Part shown: positions 41,734 through 52,369 of the stretch, in pieces | How the letters are laid out: every line of letters starts with the position of its first letter | Numbering within the stretch: the first letter of the stretch is position 1 | Assembly (NCBI GenBank): GCA_037308085.1 | Contig: CP147779.1 | Location: forward strand, 2,656,001-2,720,000 | Direction: 5' to 3' | Length of the DNA stretch: 64,000 nucleotides | Source of the DNA: Promethearchaeati archaeon SRVP18_Atabeyarchaeia-1 | Lineage (GTDB): Archaea > Asgardarchaeota > Atabeyarchaeia > Atabeyarchaeales > Atabeyarchaeaceae | The notes under the pieces: generated by a model | Database searches by the model: none | Told to the model about the DNA's origin: nothing | Seen by the model: the letters and a program-made list of their open reading frames with translations, nothing else | Position numbers and translations under genes: made by a program

Positions 41734-42057
41734 ATGAATATGATTAGTCGGATTTGGCACGGCTGGACTACACCAGCGAATGCTAGTACCTACGAGGCGC
41801 TCCTAAAGAGCGAAATCTTCGTCAACATAAAGAACCGTAAGATTCCCGGTTACCGAGGAATACACCTGCTTCGAAGGAATCTGGTCCGTGAAGTAGAGTT
41901 CGTAACGATCATGTGGTTTGACTCAATAGAAGCTGTTCGCACTTTTGCGGGTGAAGATTATGAAGTAGCAGTCGTCCCCTCAAAGGCAAGAGCCTTGCTC
42001 TCGCGGTTTGATGAACGCTCACAGCATTATGAAGTCAAGGCTGAAATGAAGACTTGA
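41734..42057 (+). CDS. antibiotic biosynthesis monooxygenase-like protein
   Basis: ISRIWHGWT and FAGEDYEVAVVP motifs. Confidence 0.8.
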   Translation: MNMISRIWHGWTTPANASTYEALLKSEIFVNIKNRKIPGYRGIHLLRRNLVREVEFVTIMWFDSIEAVRTFAGEDYEVAVVPSKARALLSRFDERSQHYEVKAEMKT

Positions 42058-42120
42058 TCGCATAGAATCAAGCACGTTTAATAGCAGACATGAGTTCATA
42101 ATTGAAAGAGGGCTTCTAGG

Positions 42121-42687
42121 TTGCAGGGTTTCACCCACATCCTTGCAGCGGGGTTAATAACAGCGCTACTGATGACACACGCGTCATCCTTCTCACCGCT
42201 GTTCCTACTCGCCGCCGCATTTTCGCTTGGGATACTGAGCCACGGCGTCATTGACCCCTTCGGAAGGGCTACTTTCCATCCACCCGATATCCCGAGAGGG
42301 AAGGAGACCGGTGCAAGATTCTGGCTACCTTTCCACATCTTCATGTACCTCGCTATGGCAGCTTCAATCATCTGGCTGGTCCTCGCCTTCCAACACTACT
42401 GGTGGCTCATAGTCTCAGCCATGATCGGTTCAATGTTCCCCGACATTGTGGACCTAGGCTACCGCGGCTACGTGAATCTGCGAGGAAGGAGAACAAAACG
42501 AAGAACTTGGAGCACCTCGACTGAAATGAGCTTCCACAAATACCTTTGCTGGCCCATGGAGCAGGTTGCAGACCGCATTCTGCCCGACCTCGCCCAGAAT
42601 CCGAAAGCTGCCTCAGTTGAACTGGTATTCGACGGCGTTCTCGTCATTCTTCTAGTCTGGTGGCTCCGAGTTCCACTACTGCTCTAA
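42121..42687 (+). CDS. membrane protein, metal-dependent hydrolase-like
   Basis: THxxxG, SHxxxD, PD and FH motifs in TM context. Confidence 0.55.
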   Translation: MQGFTHILAAGLITALLMTHASSFSPLFLLAAAFSLGILSHGVIDPFGRATFHPPDIPRGKETGARFWLPFHIFMYLAMAASIIWLVLAFQHYWWLIVSAMIGSMFPDIVDLGYRGYVNLRGRRTKRRTWSTSTEMSFHKYLCWPMEQVADRILPDLAQNPKAASVELVFDGVLVILLVWWLRVPLLL

Positions 42688-42954
42688 ACTCAACAACTCT
42701 AGACAGAGATCGACGTTACGAGATATCTTCTCAGCTCGTTCTTCTGAGAAAGTGACTGGATTACCGATGCAAAGCCATTCTAAAGTCTCCAGACTACATG
42801 CCTGGAAACCAAAGCGATTAACTCCGTGTTCGACATCACACCGTTCAGATGTGTCACCGCCTTCATAAGGGAAAGAGCGATAGTCAGAGAGCCATACAGC
42901 ACAATCACCGAGAAGATATTTGAAGAACTAGCTGCTTCCAGCGCGCGGGGTTAG

Positions 42955-43773
42955 TTACTCAAAATCGGCGCACATCAACCCAAAATACGTTGGCGCCTGA
43001 TATGAGACGAACCTTGCTTTCATGGGAACACGCTCCAAAACGCCTTCCAGAATGGCCATTTGCCAGAGACTATCAGGCTTCGCGTTTTCCACAAACTGCA
43101 GATCCAGCGCAAGTATTTGCTTCAGGTTGTTTTCCCTTATTGCCTTTACCACCAGCTCGTCGTATTCTCTGGATGCCGGGTGAAAGCCGTACGGCCCAGA
43201 TTTGTCGTGGGCGTGCCCCTGATCTGCACTGGAGACAAAGGCTATCTTCCTCTGTGATTTCTCTGCAGTTCCAGCTATGACTCTGCCAAATTCCACAAGT
43301 TGGGTGAGCGGGATTTCTCTGGAAGGCGTCACGATGACTATTCGAGGTTTCTTCTTTTCTTTTGCGCCAAAAAACCATAAAGGTATTAGCACGCCCCAGT
43401 CCATCGGCATACAAGAGGCCGGCCCCTCACTAGTGCCATAATTCGCGCCTACAACGGGCAATCCTGCTTTCTTGGCGGCTTCGTAGATCTTTCGCGCGAG
43501 TTGATGGTTGCACTTGAAACGGGCGCTTACCGCCTTGCCATTATCTTCCAGGTTACCTGCAGAATATCGAGAGGTCACCACGCCGATTGTCCGGTCGAGC
43601 CTCAAGCCGTGAGGCGTCGCTATGATTATCGTGTCTGGTCTATGACTCCTCATATGCCTGGCTAACTCTTCCATGCCTCTTCTTGTTTCGCCGAAAGCCT
43701 CCAACTTGTCACCAGCAAGTTCAGGAATAGCCTCAGACCCGTGCGGCGCTACACAAGCATAAACAATACCCAT
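42955..43773 (-). CDS. LigB/MEMO-like extradiol dioxygenase family protein
   Basis: APHG, TPHG, MDWGVLIPL and SADQGHAH motifs. Confidence 0.85.
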   Translation of the reverse strand: MGIVYACVAPHGSEAIPELAGDKLEAFGETRRGMEELARHMRSHRPDTIIIATPHGLRLDRTIGVVTSRYSAGNLEDNGKAVSARFKCNHQLARKIYEAAKKAGLPVVGANYGTSEGPASCMPMDWGVLIPLWFFGAKEKKKPRIVIVTPSREIPLTQLVEFGRVIAGTAEKSQRKIAFVSSADQGHAHDKSGPYGFHPASREYDELVVKAIRENNLKQILALDLQFVENAKPDSLWQMAILEGVLERVPMKARFVSYQAPTYFGLMCADFE

Positions 43774-44513
43774 GGCATCTAGCTCTCACACCTACAAATT
43801 TAAGCTTATGTTTTGACTCCTTGAAGAAGATTCATACCTTTGAGCGCGGCGACAACCCCACGACCGCTTGGAACGACGGCATCGAATCAAGAATAAGAAG
43901 AGGGAGATTTCGGTCATTCCTGCCCGTCCTGCTGCTACCGATGCTCTTCTTGGACTTTGCCCTGAGAGTATCTTGAGGTTACAGTCTGCCAGAACTACGA
44001 GATCTTTATAAGGAAGAGAAGCGGACATATGTAGAACTCATCAGGTCTCTGTATACTATTTGGGGAGGCTGTATATCTCATCCAACTTGTATACCCACGT
44101 GAAACAACGACTAGGGAATGGTGATTGAAGCTGATATCGAATAATAGAAAACAAAGGAGGTTTGCAGGAATGTGTAAAGATCTTGACGACGAGATCGTCT
44201 ACCTAGACGACTACGACGAAGATGTCAAAGAAGTCAAATCAGAAGCAGAACAGAAAGAACCGTCGATTGTTTTTTCGAAATGAAATCCGAAACGAATTTG
44301 CATTTCCCTGCTTTTACGCTGGAATGAAATCCGAACTGGATTTCGTGTTTTTCTGCATTTTGCCTGAACCTTCCCCTTCCTTGGCAACGGAACCACACCC
44401 TGTCGACCAAGTCATCATCGACCCGCAGTACTATGCCAAGCAACGAACTCGATAGAACTCGCGCTATCAGCGCGAAAAAAGAAGAGGGAATTGGGCAATC
44501 CCACGCTGGCCGT

Positions 44514-44672
44514 CTACATCTGGAAGCCTGTCTTGCCAGCACCCACATCGTCAGGGCAGTCTCAAGCTCCTCATGCTCCTCAGCATAATCGCTGACCTTG
44601 ATACCCCCCATCACAGCATCAATCGCCTACCTAAAAGCACGAGGACCAGCAGTAGAACGCTCGGGAGTAGGC
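44514..44672 (-). repeat. RLP last-exon copy 1 (degenerate)
   Basis: Encodes ...AFR*AIDAVMGGIKVSDYAEEHEELETALT...GFQM*; terminator-like T-tract at about 44474-44490. Confidence 0.9.
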
Positions 44673-44902
44673 CACACCTTGCACTGCATGATTATGGTTC
44701 GACGGCTCACCTTACGCAGTGTGGTTTACTTCTATTGAGACTCGTGTAACCACTTTTAGTTGCAGTGATGCAAGGAGAATGATTCGAAATATGAACCAGT
44801 GTGCCCCTCGTTGAGCTATCTCTGGATTTGCTTAACAAAAAAGAGGGATGGAAGCTCTGCAGGAAGGCCGATGCCACAACCGGGATGACGTCATGGTCTG
44901 TG

Positions 44903-45550
44903 CTATTTGCGCCTCATGTACATTAGGGCTGCTACGATCACAAGAAGGGCTGCTGCTCCCCCAGCAACCAATACAAGCGTCAGCGGTATGCCGCCCGACT
45001 CGATATAATATGAGTTCAGCGTGTAGTTTTCCGTTAATCCTGCTCCATTGTTGTATCTCCAAACGAGGAGGACGCCGGTGAGTTTGTCTATGTAAGCTAC
45101 GACGTTGATGTCCATGATTGTTCCATTGATGTAGTTGGCTGTCCAGTAGCGCCCAGCGATATGATAGTTGGAGACCGTTGAGTTGAATTTCCAGCCTCCT
45201 GAACTAGGATACGGTGCCTCTCCTGCCGTGATGTTCGCTGCTACGAATCGCCAAATGCCATATTGGTACACATTCACATCGAAGGTGCCCGAGTGAGTAT
45301 TGTTCACGGAACCTCCCGGGTTGTACTCGGTCTTCTCTAGTGTGAGTACTGAGCCGCTGACTGCGGTGACGCGAACCCTAATTGCGTTGATAGCAAAGCC
45401 CGCCGCACTATAGGCGTAATCGTAGTAGGCATTTGTTCCCACAACTGCTCCCGGCTTAGTGTAGTCTGCTGCGCGTGTTGGGGCAAAGCTTGAGGAAACG
45501 ACCAATAGAATCGACAATGCCACCAGCGCGCAGGCTATTCCCTTTCTCAA
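44903..45550 (-). CDS. secreted or surface protein with C-terminal membrane anchor (cassette cargo)
   Basis: Signal peptide, Tyr/Asn/Thr-rich body, TM segment plus RRK tail. Confidence 0.8.
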   Translation of the reverse strand: MRKGIACALVALSILLVVSSSFAPTRAADYTKPGAVVGTNAYYDYAYSAAGFAINAIRVRVTAVSGSVLTLEKTEYNPGGSVNNTHSGTFDVNVYQYGIWRFVAANITAGEAPYPSSGGWKFNSTVSNYHIAGRYWTANYINGTIMDINVVAYIDKLTGVLLVWRYNNGAGLTENYTLNSYYIESGGIPLTLVLVAGGAAALLVIVAALMYMRRK

Positions 45551-45771
45551 GTGTTGTTACTCTCCATCTTCTTTCCCTATTCGCCCCTTATTGATTGATT
45601 GAGTATGTATCGTTTCAGTATTTTAAGTTTGCATCGCGTCAGCTACGGCCCTCGAGGCTTCTGGATCGCAGCTTAGGGTCGCTTGACGTTTTTCCCAGTC
45701 TCTTAAGCGCGCACGCTTACTAAGGCAAAAAGAAAAGTTGAGGAGAATCGAATTATTCTCCTTCAGCGCTC

Positions 45772-45805
45772 TTACATCTGGAAGCCTATTTTACCAGTAC
45801 CATCT
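45772..45805 (-). repeat. RLP last-exon copy 2 (short)
   Basis: GTGKIGFQM-TAA, followed by hairpin AGGAGAAT/ATTCTCCT and a T-tract. Confidence 0.75.
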
Positions 45806-45887
45806 TCACTCTGAAAAACGGAGCCGACGAGAACTCCACACCTTGAAGCAGCCAAAAACCAAATTAAAACTACTAAGATCTATTCTG

Positions 45888-46256
45888 CTATTTCTTCCTA
45901 TCCAAGTTTTCCTTAACTCTATAGCTCACTATTCTCTTTACTAGGTCAAATGGAATTGGCTTATTCATAGGAAATCTGACGGTACCTTTGCTTACTTCAT
46001 AATCAGACAACTCTTCTTTGAATGCCTCAATACCTGATGAAGTGGGATAAAACCCAATATGATTCTTAAAGGCTGCAAAATGAACCAAGTTACCATTTAA
46101 TTTGAAAGTAGGAATTTGATAACTGATTGCCTCTTCTGCTTTAGGCGCTGAGTCCCTAATTGCCTGCCTCAGCTCCTCCAAAATCCTCTGCACATTCTTA
46201 GGAAAAGTAGCAATATACTCATCTATCGTTTTGAACACTTTCCTAGGTGTTGCCAT
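45888..46256 (-). CDS. DUF1801 (YdhG-like) protein (cassette cargo)
   Basis: TIDEYI, ISYQIPTF and HIGFYP motifs; AT-rich. Confidence 0.88.
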   Translation of the reverse strand: MATPRKVFKTIDEYIATFPKNVQRILEELRQAIRDSAPKAEEAISYQIPTFKLNGNLVHFAAFKNHIGFYPTSSGIEAFKEELSDYEVSKGTVRFPMNKPIPFDLVKRIVSYRVKENLDRKK

Positions 46257-46386
46257 AGCGCTTCCCTGCAATCAATATTTCTTAGACGAAAAATCACCCA
46301 GAACCTAATGAGCACTCCGATTTAAAGACACAGATCCAATTCCAGCACGCGCATGCGCCATTTCACTCTGTTCGCTATATGCGGCC

Positions 46387-46671
46387 TCAGGCAACCTCAT
46401 GATAGAAGTTAACTTCGATGCCAGCCATAATCGGTCCGATATTCTTGAAAAACTCCTTATAGTATGGCGTCGAACCATGGTACTTCAAGGCTTCATCGCT
46501 CTCATATTTCTCAAAGATAAGGAATTGGTTCGGGTTTTTGACGTCTTGGTGGAGAACGTAGGCTATTGCACCAGGGTCTTTACGGACTTTGGGAGCAAGC
46601 TTACGGAACTCCCGCTCAAATTCCTCTCTCTTACCCTCAACTACCTTGATTACAGCCACTACAACAATCAT
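46387..46671 (-). CDS. putative quinol monooxygenase (ABM) protein (cassette cargo)
   Basis: DPGAIAY...FLIFEKYES...H pattern. Confidence 0.85.
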   Translation of the reverse strand: MIVVVAVIKVVEGKREEFEREFRKLAPKVRKDPGAIAYVLHQDVKNPNQFLIFEKYESDEALKYHGSTPYYKEFFKNIGPIMAGIEVNFYHEVA

Positions 46672-47039
46672 GGCCTAAATACCTCCTCTCGGTGATGGCG
46701 ACAACAAAAGATGTACACCATTCAACATATCAAAATATCGAGAGGGGCCGTAAAATACTGGTTTGGACTTTGAAGCGTGGGCTATAATGGTTAGTGTTCA
46801 TAGGATGAAGCATTGGGCAGAAACCACCAAAAAAGAAGGTTGTAGGTCTATAGAATAGAAAATTGTGCCTATGGTCTCATCTACACAATTCGACCTTGAG
46901 TCATAATTCCATCCCATCCCCTTAGGTCAAGAAATGCGACTATCTCAAATAAGATAAACAGGGATGAGTCTCTTGACAATGCCAGTGCGCCAGAAAAAAG
47001 AAAAAGAGAGAAGGATTTACCTACTACAGCTCGGTTCCC

Positions 47040-47193
47040 TCACATCTGGAAGCCTGTTCTACCACCGCCCCACTTCGTGAGGGCAGTCTTAAGCTCCGAA
47101 TGCTCCTCAGCATAGTCACTGACCTTAATACCCTGCATCACAGCATCAATAGCCTGCCGGAAAGCATGAGTATCAACCGCTGAACCATCTTGG
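47040..47193 (-). repeat. RLP last-exon copy 3
   Basis: In frame QDGSAVDTHAFRQAIDAVMQGIKVSDYAEEHSELKTALTKWGGGRTGFQM-TGA. Confidence 0.95.
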
Positions 47194-47376
47194 GGAGAGA
47201 GAGTTATTAGGGAATGACTCGCCTACCTACTGTGAACAGAAACTCAATCCATCCAAATGACATCTTGCAACGGACAAAGCCAGCTTCTAGTCTTGAATCG
47301 ATCGGAACGCGCAGAGTGAGCTTTAGCTGTGGGGAATCGCAGCCGGATACGACTAACCTGCGAGCGGGGTATTAGA

Positions 47377-47658
47377 ATGCAAGTGGAGGAGATACAGAAG
47401 AAGATTGCTCCCGCGCTAAGGCGTTACGGTGTGGCGAGAGCCGCGATCTTTGGCTCATACGCTAGGGGAGAAGAGAGAAAAGGAAGTGACATAGATATCC
47501 TCATCGAATTCGAAGGAGACAGGAGTCTACTCGATCTCGCCGGACTCAAGATCGAACTTGAGGAGGTCTTGGGAAGAAAGGTGGATGTCCTAACTTATGA
47601 CTCAATTCACCCTTTGCTTAGAGAGCGAATTCTGAATGAACAGAAGGTGATCCTATGA
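47377..47658 (+). CDS. MNT nucleotidyltransferase antitoxin
   Basis: [15 protein letters not shown] (GS-X10-DXD). Confidence 0.92.
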   Translation: MQVEEIQKKIAPALRRYGVARAAIFGSYARGEERKGSDIDILIEFEGDRSLLDLAGLKIELEEVLGRKVDVLTYDSIHPLLRERILNEQKVIL

Positions 47659-48023
47659 AGAAGGATCCACTAGTATTCGTTGATCACATTCTCGAAAGCA
47701 TAGAAACGATAGAGGAATACGTTCGAGGAACAACAAAAGAAGAGTTCATGAGTTCGAAGAAAACTCAAGACGCTGTGATTAGAAGAATCGAGATCATTGG
47801 AGAAGCTGCAAAGAACATTCCGGAAGACATGAAGAAAACCCATCCCAACATACCCTGGAAAAGAATAGCCGGAATGAGAGACATACTGATCCATGGATAC
47901 TTCGGCGTCGACTTGGGATTAACGTGGAAAGTTGCCAGCGAAGAGATCGAGGAATTGAAGAACAAGATTGCGAAGGTAAAGAAAGATCTCCAGAAAGCAC
48001 GAGAAAAGGTAGCCAAGCAATAG
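47655..48023 (+). CDS. HEPN (DUF86/HepT-like) RNase toxin
   Basis: EIIGEA and RDILIHGY (R-X4-H); overlaps the MNT gene by 4 nt. Confidence 0.92.
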   Translation: MKKDPLVFVDHILESIETIEEYVRGTTKEEFMSSKKTQDAVIRRIEIIGEAAKNIPEDMKKTHPNIPWKRIAGMRDILIHGYFGVDLGLTWKVASEEIEELKNKIAKVKKDLQKAREKVAKQ

Positions 48024-48074
48024 CCCCAAAAAAGAAGAGAGAGAGAGGGATCTTCCTATTCCTTCTCGGTTCCC

Positions 48075-48193
48075 TCACATTTGGAAGCCCGTCTTACCCG
48101 TGCCCCACTTCGTCAGGGCAGTCTTAAGCTCCTCATGCTCCTCAGCATACTCACTAACCTTGACACCCTGCATCACAGCATCAATCACTTGCC
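48075..48193 (-). repeat. RLP last-exon copy 4
   Basis: QVIDAVMQGVKVSEYAEEHEELKTALTKWGTGKTGFQM-TGA. Confidence 0.95.
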
Positions 48194-48559
48194 CATGAGC
48201 CATTGTTCAACCCAGCAAGTTTTCAACCTTGCAGCGCCTCAAGAAAGGGAATTGAAGAAGTTGACTACAAGTTGGCTTCCTCTGAAGCATATTCCCAAAT
48301 GCAATGGAATACTTCTATCTTTGTGTCGGAGCCTGTAAGCCAATTATAGACAACATATCTCTAGCCGTGAAGACAGATTCGACCTTGCATTGGAACCATG
48401 CGATGTGCCCATTGTTTGCCACATACTTTGTTCGTTCTTTCAGCACTTCGAACAGCATCCCTTCTTCAACCTCGAATACGCTGTATGACATAGATCCATG
48501 ATCGTCCACAACAAAGAAAGACTCTCTTTCGTATGTCGGGTGCGGTTTTTGGGTTGGTC

Positions 48560-49567
48560 TTAGCTTCTAGCAGGCCCTTTTCCGATAACCCTCAGTTTCG
48601 TCGTAAGAGGTGTGAGCGGAAGTCGTCGTGCCTTGATGGGGCCTTCGGGAGGCTTGCGTGAGATTTTCGGCTTAACGTTGGTTGGGTACACCCGATATAT
48701 TCCGTCCTCAATGTCATTAGGTACTTTCCAGAACCACGTATAGCTGTCTTGTGCATCGATAGAGAAGTCTTCGTCTATTCTGAAGGTGAGAGCTTTGCTG
48801 AAGTCGTCCTCTGTGCTGATTCGTTTGTCCTGTCTCGCTACTGCCCACATGATGGTTCCCCTGCGGTACCATGCCGGAGCACTGCCTGAGTCAGCCAAGC
48901 TGGTCAGGGTTATGCCAACTTCGCCCCCAGCCTTGCATGTCAGCCGATCCATTGTCCAGTCTACGATCCCGTAATCGTATCCCGGATTTGATTGAAACGT
49001 GACCCCGAGAGCGCCGTACGCAAGAATTCCGAGAACGACGATCAAGACGTAGTCGGGATACAGAATCGCCCAACCCAAGATAAACACTCCAGCAATGAAA
49101 GCCCCATAAACGCAACTCACATACAGTTGCAGATGACCATGTTCATACTTTGATTTCATGAACCCGGTGAGCTTGAGGTTTAGGGCGCTCTCAATGAGAC
49201 TTGCTCGCGTTGCTGCTGCATCCGCACTAACTTGGTAGATATGATCAATCAAGTGAAGCGCGATAATGAGTATCACAGTGACGGCCAGGACAGCTGCCTT
49301 AACGATATCTGGCAATACCGTGCCGATTGTCCCCGTCGGGATGAGTACGGACTCTGTTGCCAAGAGTGCTGTGATGAAGCTGAAGCCATATTTCCTCAAA
49401 CCATTCAGGCGTTCCTCGAAGCCATCAATCACTTCTCGTGCTGCCTTCCATTCCATTATGAGGTTGTTATTACTGTCTTCTCCTTTGTCAGTACCCGCGC
49501 TTCCCCCCTCCTTCACCGTTCTGATAAACTTCAGTGGAAGCACTGAGTACAGGCTACTATTTAGCAT
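48560..49567 (-). CDS. hypothetical membrane protein (cassette cargo)
   Basis: 335-aa ORF, 4 TM segments then a beta-rich C-terminal domain. Confidence 0.65.
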   Translation of the reverse strand: MLNSSLYSVLPLKFIRTVKEGGSAGTDKGEDSNNNLIMEWKAAREVIDGFEERLNGLRKYGFSFITALLATESVLIPTGTIGTVLPDIVKAAVLAVTVILIIALHLIDHIYQVSADAAATRASLIESALNLKLTGFMKSKYEHGHLQLYVSCVYGAFIAGVFILGWAILYPDYVLIVVLGILAYGALGVTFQSNPGYDYGIVDWTMDRLTCKAGGEVGITLTSLADSGSAPAWYRRGTIMWAVARQDKRISTEDDFSKALTFRIDEDFSIDAQDSYTWFWKVPNDIEDGIYRVYPTNVKPKISRKPPEGPIKARRLPLTPLTTKLRVIGKGPARS

Positions 49568-49925
49568 TATTGGGCTCTACGCAGTGAGATGGGTAGCGAT
49601 GAGAGTCATGCGGATCAGCCTTTTAAGTCGATCTGCCCAAACGCGGAAACGGAGAATTTCGCAGACCTTTGCCTGATGTCATTGGCACACTACTATCAGA
49701 TTAGCGCACATGCCTCTTCCCTTCTCCTCCTTCTTTGTTCCGCATAACTGCGGTGGAACTACTGGATAGGAGGCGCAATTTAGCGTTATTGGGCGGTGAA
49801 GGTGGGAGGTCATCGCAGCTACCCCCGCACTTTTCTCCCACCCTGTTTTTTGGCGCGCGCCAACTCCGTCCGTCTAGTAAGACTGCCAAATCAAGAAAGG
49901 GGAACGGAAATTCATTTATTCCCGA

Positions 49926-50062
49926 CTACATCTGGAAACCAGTTCTGCCACCGCCCCACTTAGTCAGAGCAGTCTTCCCAAGCTCCTCATGCTCCCCAGC
50001 ACATCCATTGACCTTGATGCACTGCATCACAACATCAATAGCCTGACGAAATGCACGAGCAC
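49926..50062 (-). repeat. RLP last-exon copy 5
   Basis: ARAFRQAIDVVMQCIKVNGCAGEHEELGKTALTKWGGGRTGFQM-TAG. Confidence 0.93.
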
Positions 50063-50207
50063 TGAGGGCAAATGGCTGCCCATAATCCGCCTGTCATTGG
50101 ACGCGCGCACACTCTAGGGCGAAAAATGCCAACGGGAGAAGCGGTATAAAGGCGTTTGACGTAAGCCTCCTATGACGTATTCATCCTGAGGTGGGAGCGC
50201 AGAGAAG

Positions 50208-50600
50208 ATGGATCGTAGCAAAGACTGGATGGATGAAGCTGAAAGCGATCTTGATCACGCAAGAAGCGATCTCAAGCAAGGATTTAACAATTGGGCATGT
50301 TTCTCTACCCAGCAGTCTGCCGAGAAAGCCGTCAAAGCAGTATTCCAGAAAATGCACGCCGAGGCATGGGGCCACTCGGTAGCGGATCTTCTCACAGAAT
50401 TGTCAAAGAAACACAAAATCCCAAATGAACTTCAGGACAAGGCACTCGAACTCGACAAAGCGTACATACCAACTAGGTATCCTAATGCCCATCCATCGGG
50501 ATCCCCAAGAAGCAGATATACAAAAGACGAAGCAAGAAGGCTGATTAGCAATGCAGAGGAAGTACTCCGGTTCTGCAAAGATCTTCTATCCAAAGTATAG
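50208..50600 (+). CDS. HEPN domain protein
   Basis: WACFSTQQSAEKAVKA, GHS and AYIPTRYP motifs. Confidence 0.92.
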   Translation: MDRSKDWMDEAESDLDHARSDLKQGFNNWACFSTQQSAEKAVKAVFQKMHAEAWGHSVADLLTELSKKHKIPNELQDKALELDKAYIPTRYPNAHPSGSPRSRYTKDEARRLISNAEEVLRFCKDLLSKV

Positions 50601-50913
50601 CCGTGATGACTTACTGGAACTACTGAAGCTAAAAGTGGAAGCCCTTAAGAGAGTTCTCCAAGTATCCCTCGTCGCCTTATTTGGCTCATACGCAACAAAC
50701 TCCTACACCGCTGCGAGTGACATTGATTTACTCGTCGTCTACAAAGGACATGCCAAGGACGCTTATACAACAGTGAGGAAAGCATTTGGACTCCCTCTAT
50801 TGGAGCCTCATGTGTATTCCGAAGAAGAGTACACCACAATGAAAGAGACTCTTCACAAAATGACTGCTAATAGTATCACCATCTATTCAGATGGTAGCCT
50901 TCCACAGGGCTAG
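50551..50913 (+). CDS. MNT nucleotidyltransferase
   Basis: LFGSYATNSYTAASDIDL. Confidence 0.9.
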   Translation: MQRKYSGSAKIFYPKYSRDDLLELLKLKVEALKRVLQVSLVALFGSYATNSYTAASDIDLLVVYKGHAKDAYTTVRKAFGLPLLEPHVYSEEEYTTMKETLHKMTANSITIYSDGSLPQG

Positions 50914-51043
50914 CAGACGAGAAAAGTGAATGAGTCGGAAAGAAAATCTCCCAGTCCGACCTGCCGCTATTCTATCCAACCAAGCGCACGCCACGACTCT
51001 TCAAATACAAAAGGGCAAGTTCTTTGACTCCCTTCTCTACCAT

Positions 51044-51176
51044 TCACATCCGGATACCTGTCTTACTAGCATCCTAATTCGCCAAAGCAGTCTTCAACTC
51101 CTTATGCTCCCCAGCATAATCACTGACCTTGATGCCCTGCATCACAACATCAATAGCTCGCCTGAGAGCGCCAGCA
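51044..51176 (-). repeat. RLP last-exon copy 6 (degenerate)
   Basis: RRAIDVVMQGIKVSDYAGEHKELKTAL... ending ATG TGA. Confidence 0.88.
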
Positions 51177-51334
51177 ACGTATATGCAATACCAGACCTTC
51201 CCAGAATTCCACAAGTCAACTCGCTAGCTGATTAGAGGACAAGCCTCCAGCCTCGCAACGCTTATCTTTCAGCTTGCTAATAGAAGGAACAATAGAACCT
51301 TAGTCAAAGCTAATCGCCTCTTGCCGGTTATGAC

Positions 51335-51769
51335 TTGGTGGGGAACTGCACCTTGGTCGAGAATCGCGCTGTCAGCACAACAAGCGATGTCGAGCATGCG
51401 ATCATTGAAGCCGTTAAACCGTTCAATAATCTCGTCCTAGTCTACCTTTTTGGCTCCTTTGCTAGCGGAAGACCTCATGCCTTCAGCGACGTTGACGTCG
51501 CCATATATTTCCGAGAGTTCTCTATGGCTGAATTCATGAAGGTTCACGGAGCTCTGAGCAGAGCGTTGGGAGCACAAGTGGACACCATTCCCCTCAATAT
51601 AGCCCCACCTCTCTTGAGATACGAGATATTGAAAAAAGGGAAACGGCTGATCTCCAAGGATGAGACAATCAGGATCGCCTATGAATCCAGAGCCATCTTG
51701 GAAGGATTAGACGAGAGACCACTAATCGAGGCAATAAGAGAGGCAAATCTGAGGAGAGTCTTGATATGA
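51335..51769 (+). CDS. MntA-like nucleotidyltransferase antitoxin
   Basis: YLFGSFASGRPHAFSDVDVA and LNIAPPLLRYEI motifs. Confidence 0.9.
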   Translation: MVGNCTLVENRAVSTTSDVEHAIIEAVKPFNNLVLVYLFGSFASGRPHAFSDVDVAIYFREFSMAEFMKVHGALSRALGAQVDTIPLNIAPPLLRYEILKKGKRLISKDETIRIAYESRAILEGLDERPLIEAIREANLRRVLI

Positions 51770-52182
51770 CCGCTGAGTCTGTCAGAGATGCCATCAACAA
51801 GCTAAAGGAATTATCCTCGAAGACATCAAGAACGATTTTCATGTCTGACTGGAAGCTTCAGGGAACAATCTTATGGCTATTATACACCGCTTTGCAGGGA
51901 TGCATAGATCTCGCCGCAAAACTAATCTCAGCCATGGGGAAGAAAACCCCCGACTCGTACTCCGATGCCTTCAGAATCCTTGGCGAAGCAAACGTTTTCA
52001 CCCCAGAAGAAGCCGAACGCTTCTCCAATATGGCAAAGTTCAGAAACGTACTAGCCCATTCCTACACCAGCGTCAACCTGGAACTTGTATTCGAGCAGCT
52101 CCAACATGGCATAGCTGACATCGAAAGCTGCCTAAGGAAACTCGTGAAGGAATCAAGCAAGCACAATCTCCTGCTCCCATGA
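51766..52182 (+). CDS. HepT-like (DUF86) HEPN toxin
   Basis: PDSYSDAF and FRNVLAHSY (R-X4-H); 4-nt overlap with the MNT gene. Confidence 0.9.
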   Translation: MTAESVRDAINKLKELSSKTSRTIFMSDWKLQGTILWLLYTALQGCIDLAAKLISAMGKKTPDSYSDAFRILGEANVFTPEEAERFSNMAKFRNVLAHSYTSVNLELVFEQLQHGIADIESCLRKLVKESSKHNLLLP

Positions 52183-52237
52183 GACCGCAAACCACCAAGG
52201 AAAAGCAGAGGGAGTTTGGCGAGTGCCCCAATGCCGC

Positions 52238-52330
52238 CTACAAATGGAAGCCTATCCTACCGGCACCCGCTTGGTCAAAGCAGTCTCAAGCTCCACATGC
52301 TCCTCAGCATACTCGACCAGCTTGATGCAC
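52238..52330 (-). repeat. RLP last-exon copy 7 (degenerate)
   Basis: IKLVEYAEEHVELETALTK...GFHL-TAG. Confidence 0.85.
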
Positions 52331-52369
52331 AGTGACAAGCGACCTTCAATTCCTTCCAAGGTCTACATG

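Noticed and set aside
42793-42810. Possible tenth repeat copy (CTACATGCCTGGAAACC)
   Set aside because: Only about 15 matching bases with an indel and no terminator tract; could be chance.
44234-44614. 126-aa ORF beginning MMGGIKVSDYAEEHEE
   Set aside because: It is read-through from degenerate repeat copy 1, not a gene. The + strand ORFs 48081-48338, 50930-51235, 52223-52858 and 56208-56477 are likewise antisense to repeat copies.
48315-48509. 64-aa minus-strand ORF in cassette 4-5
   Set aside because: No recognisable motif or clear RBS; may be a fragment, not supportable as a gene.
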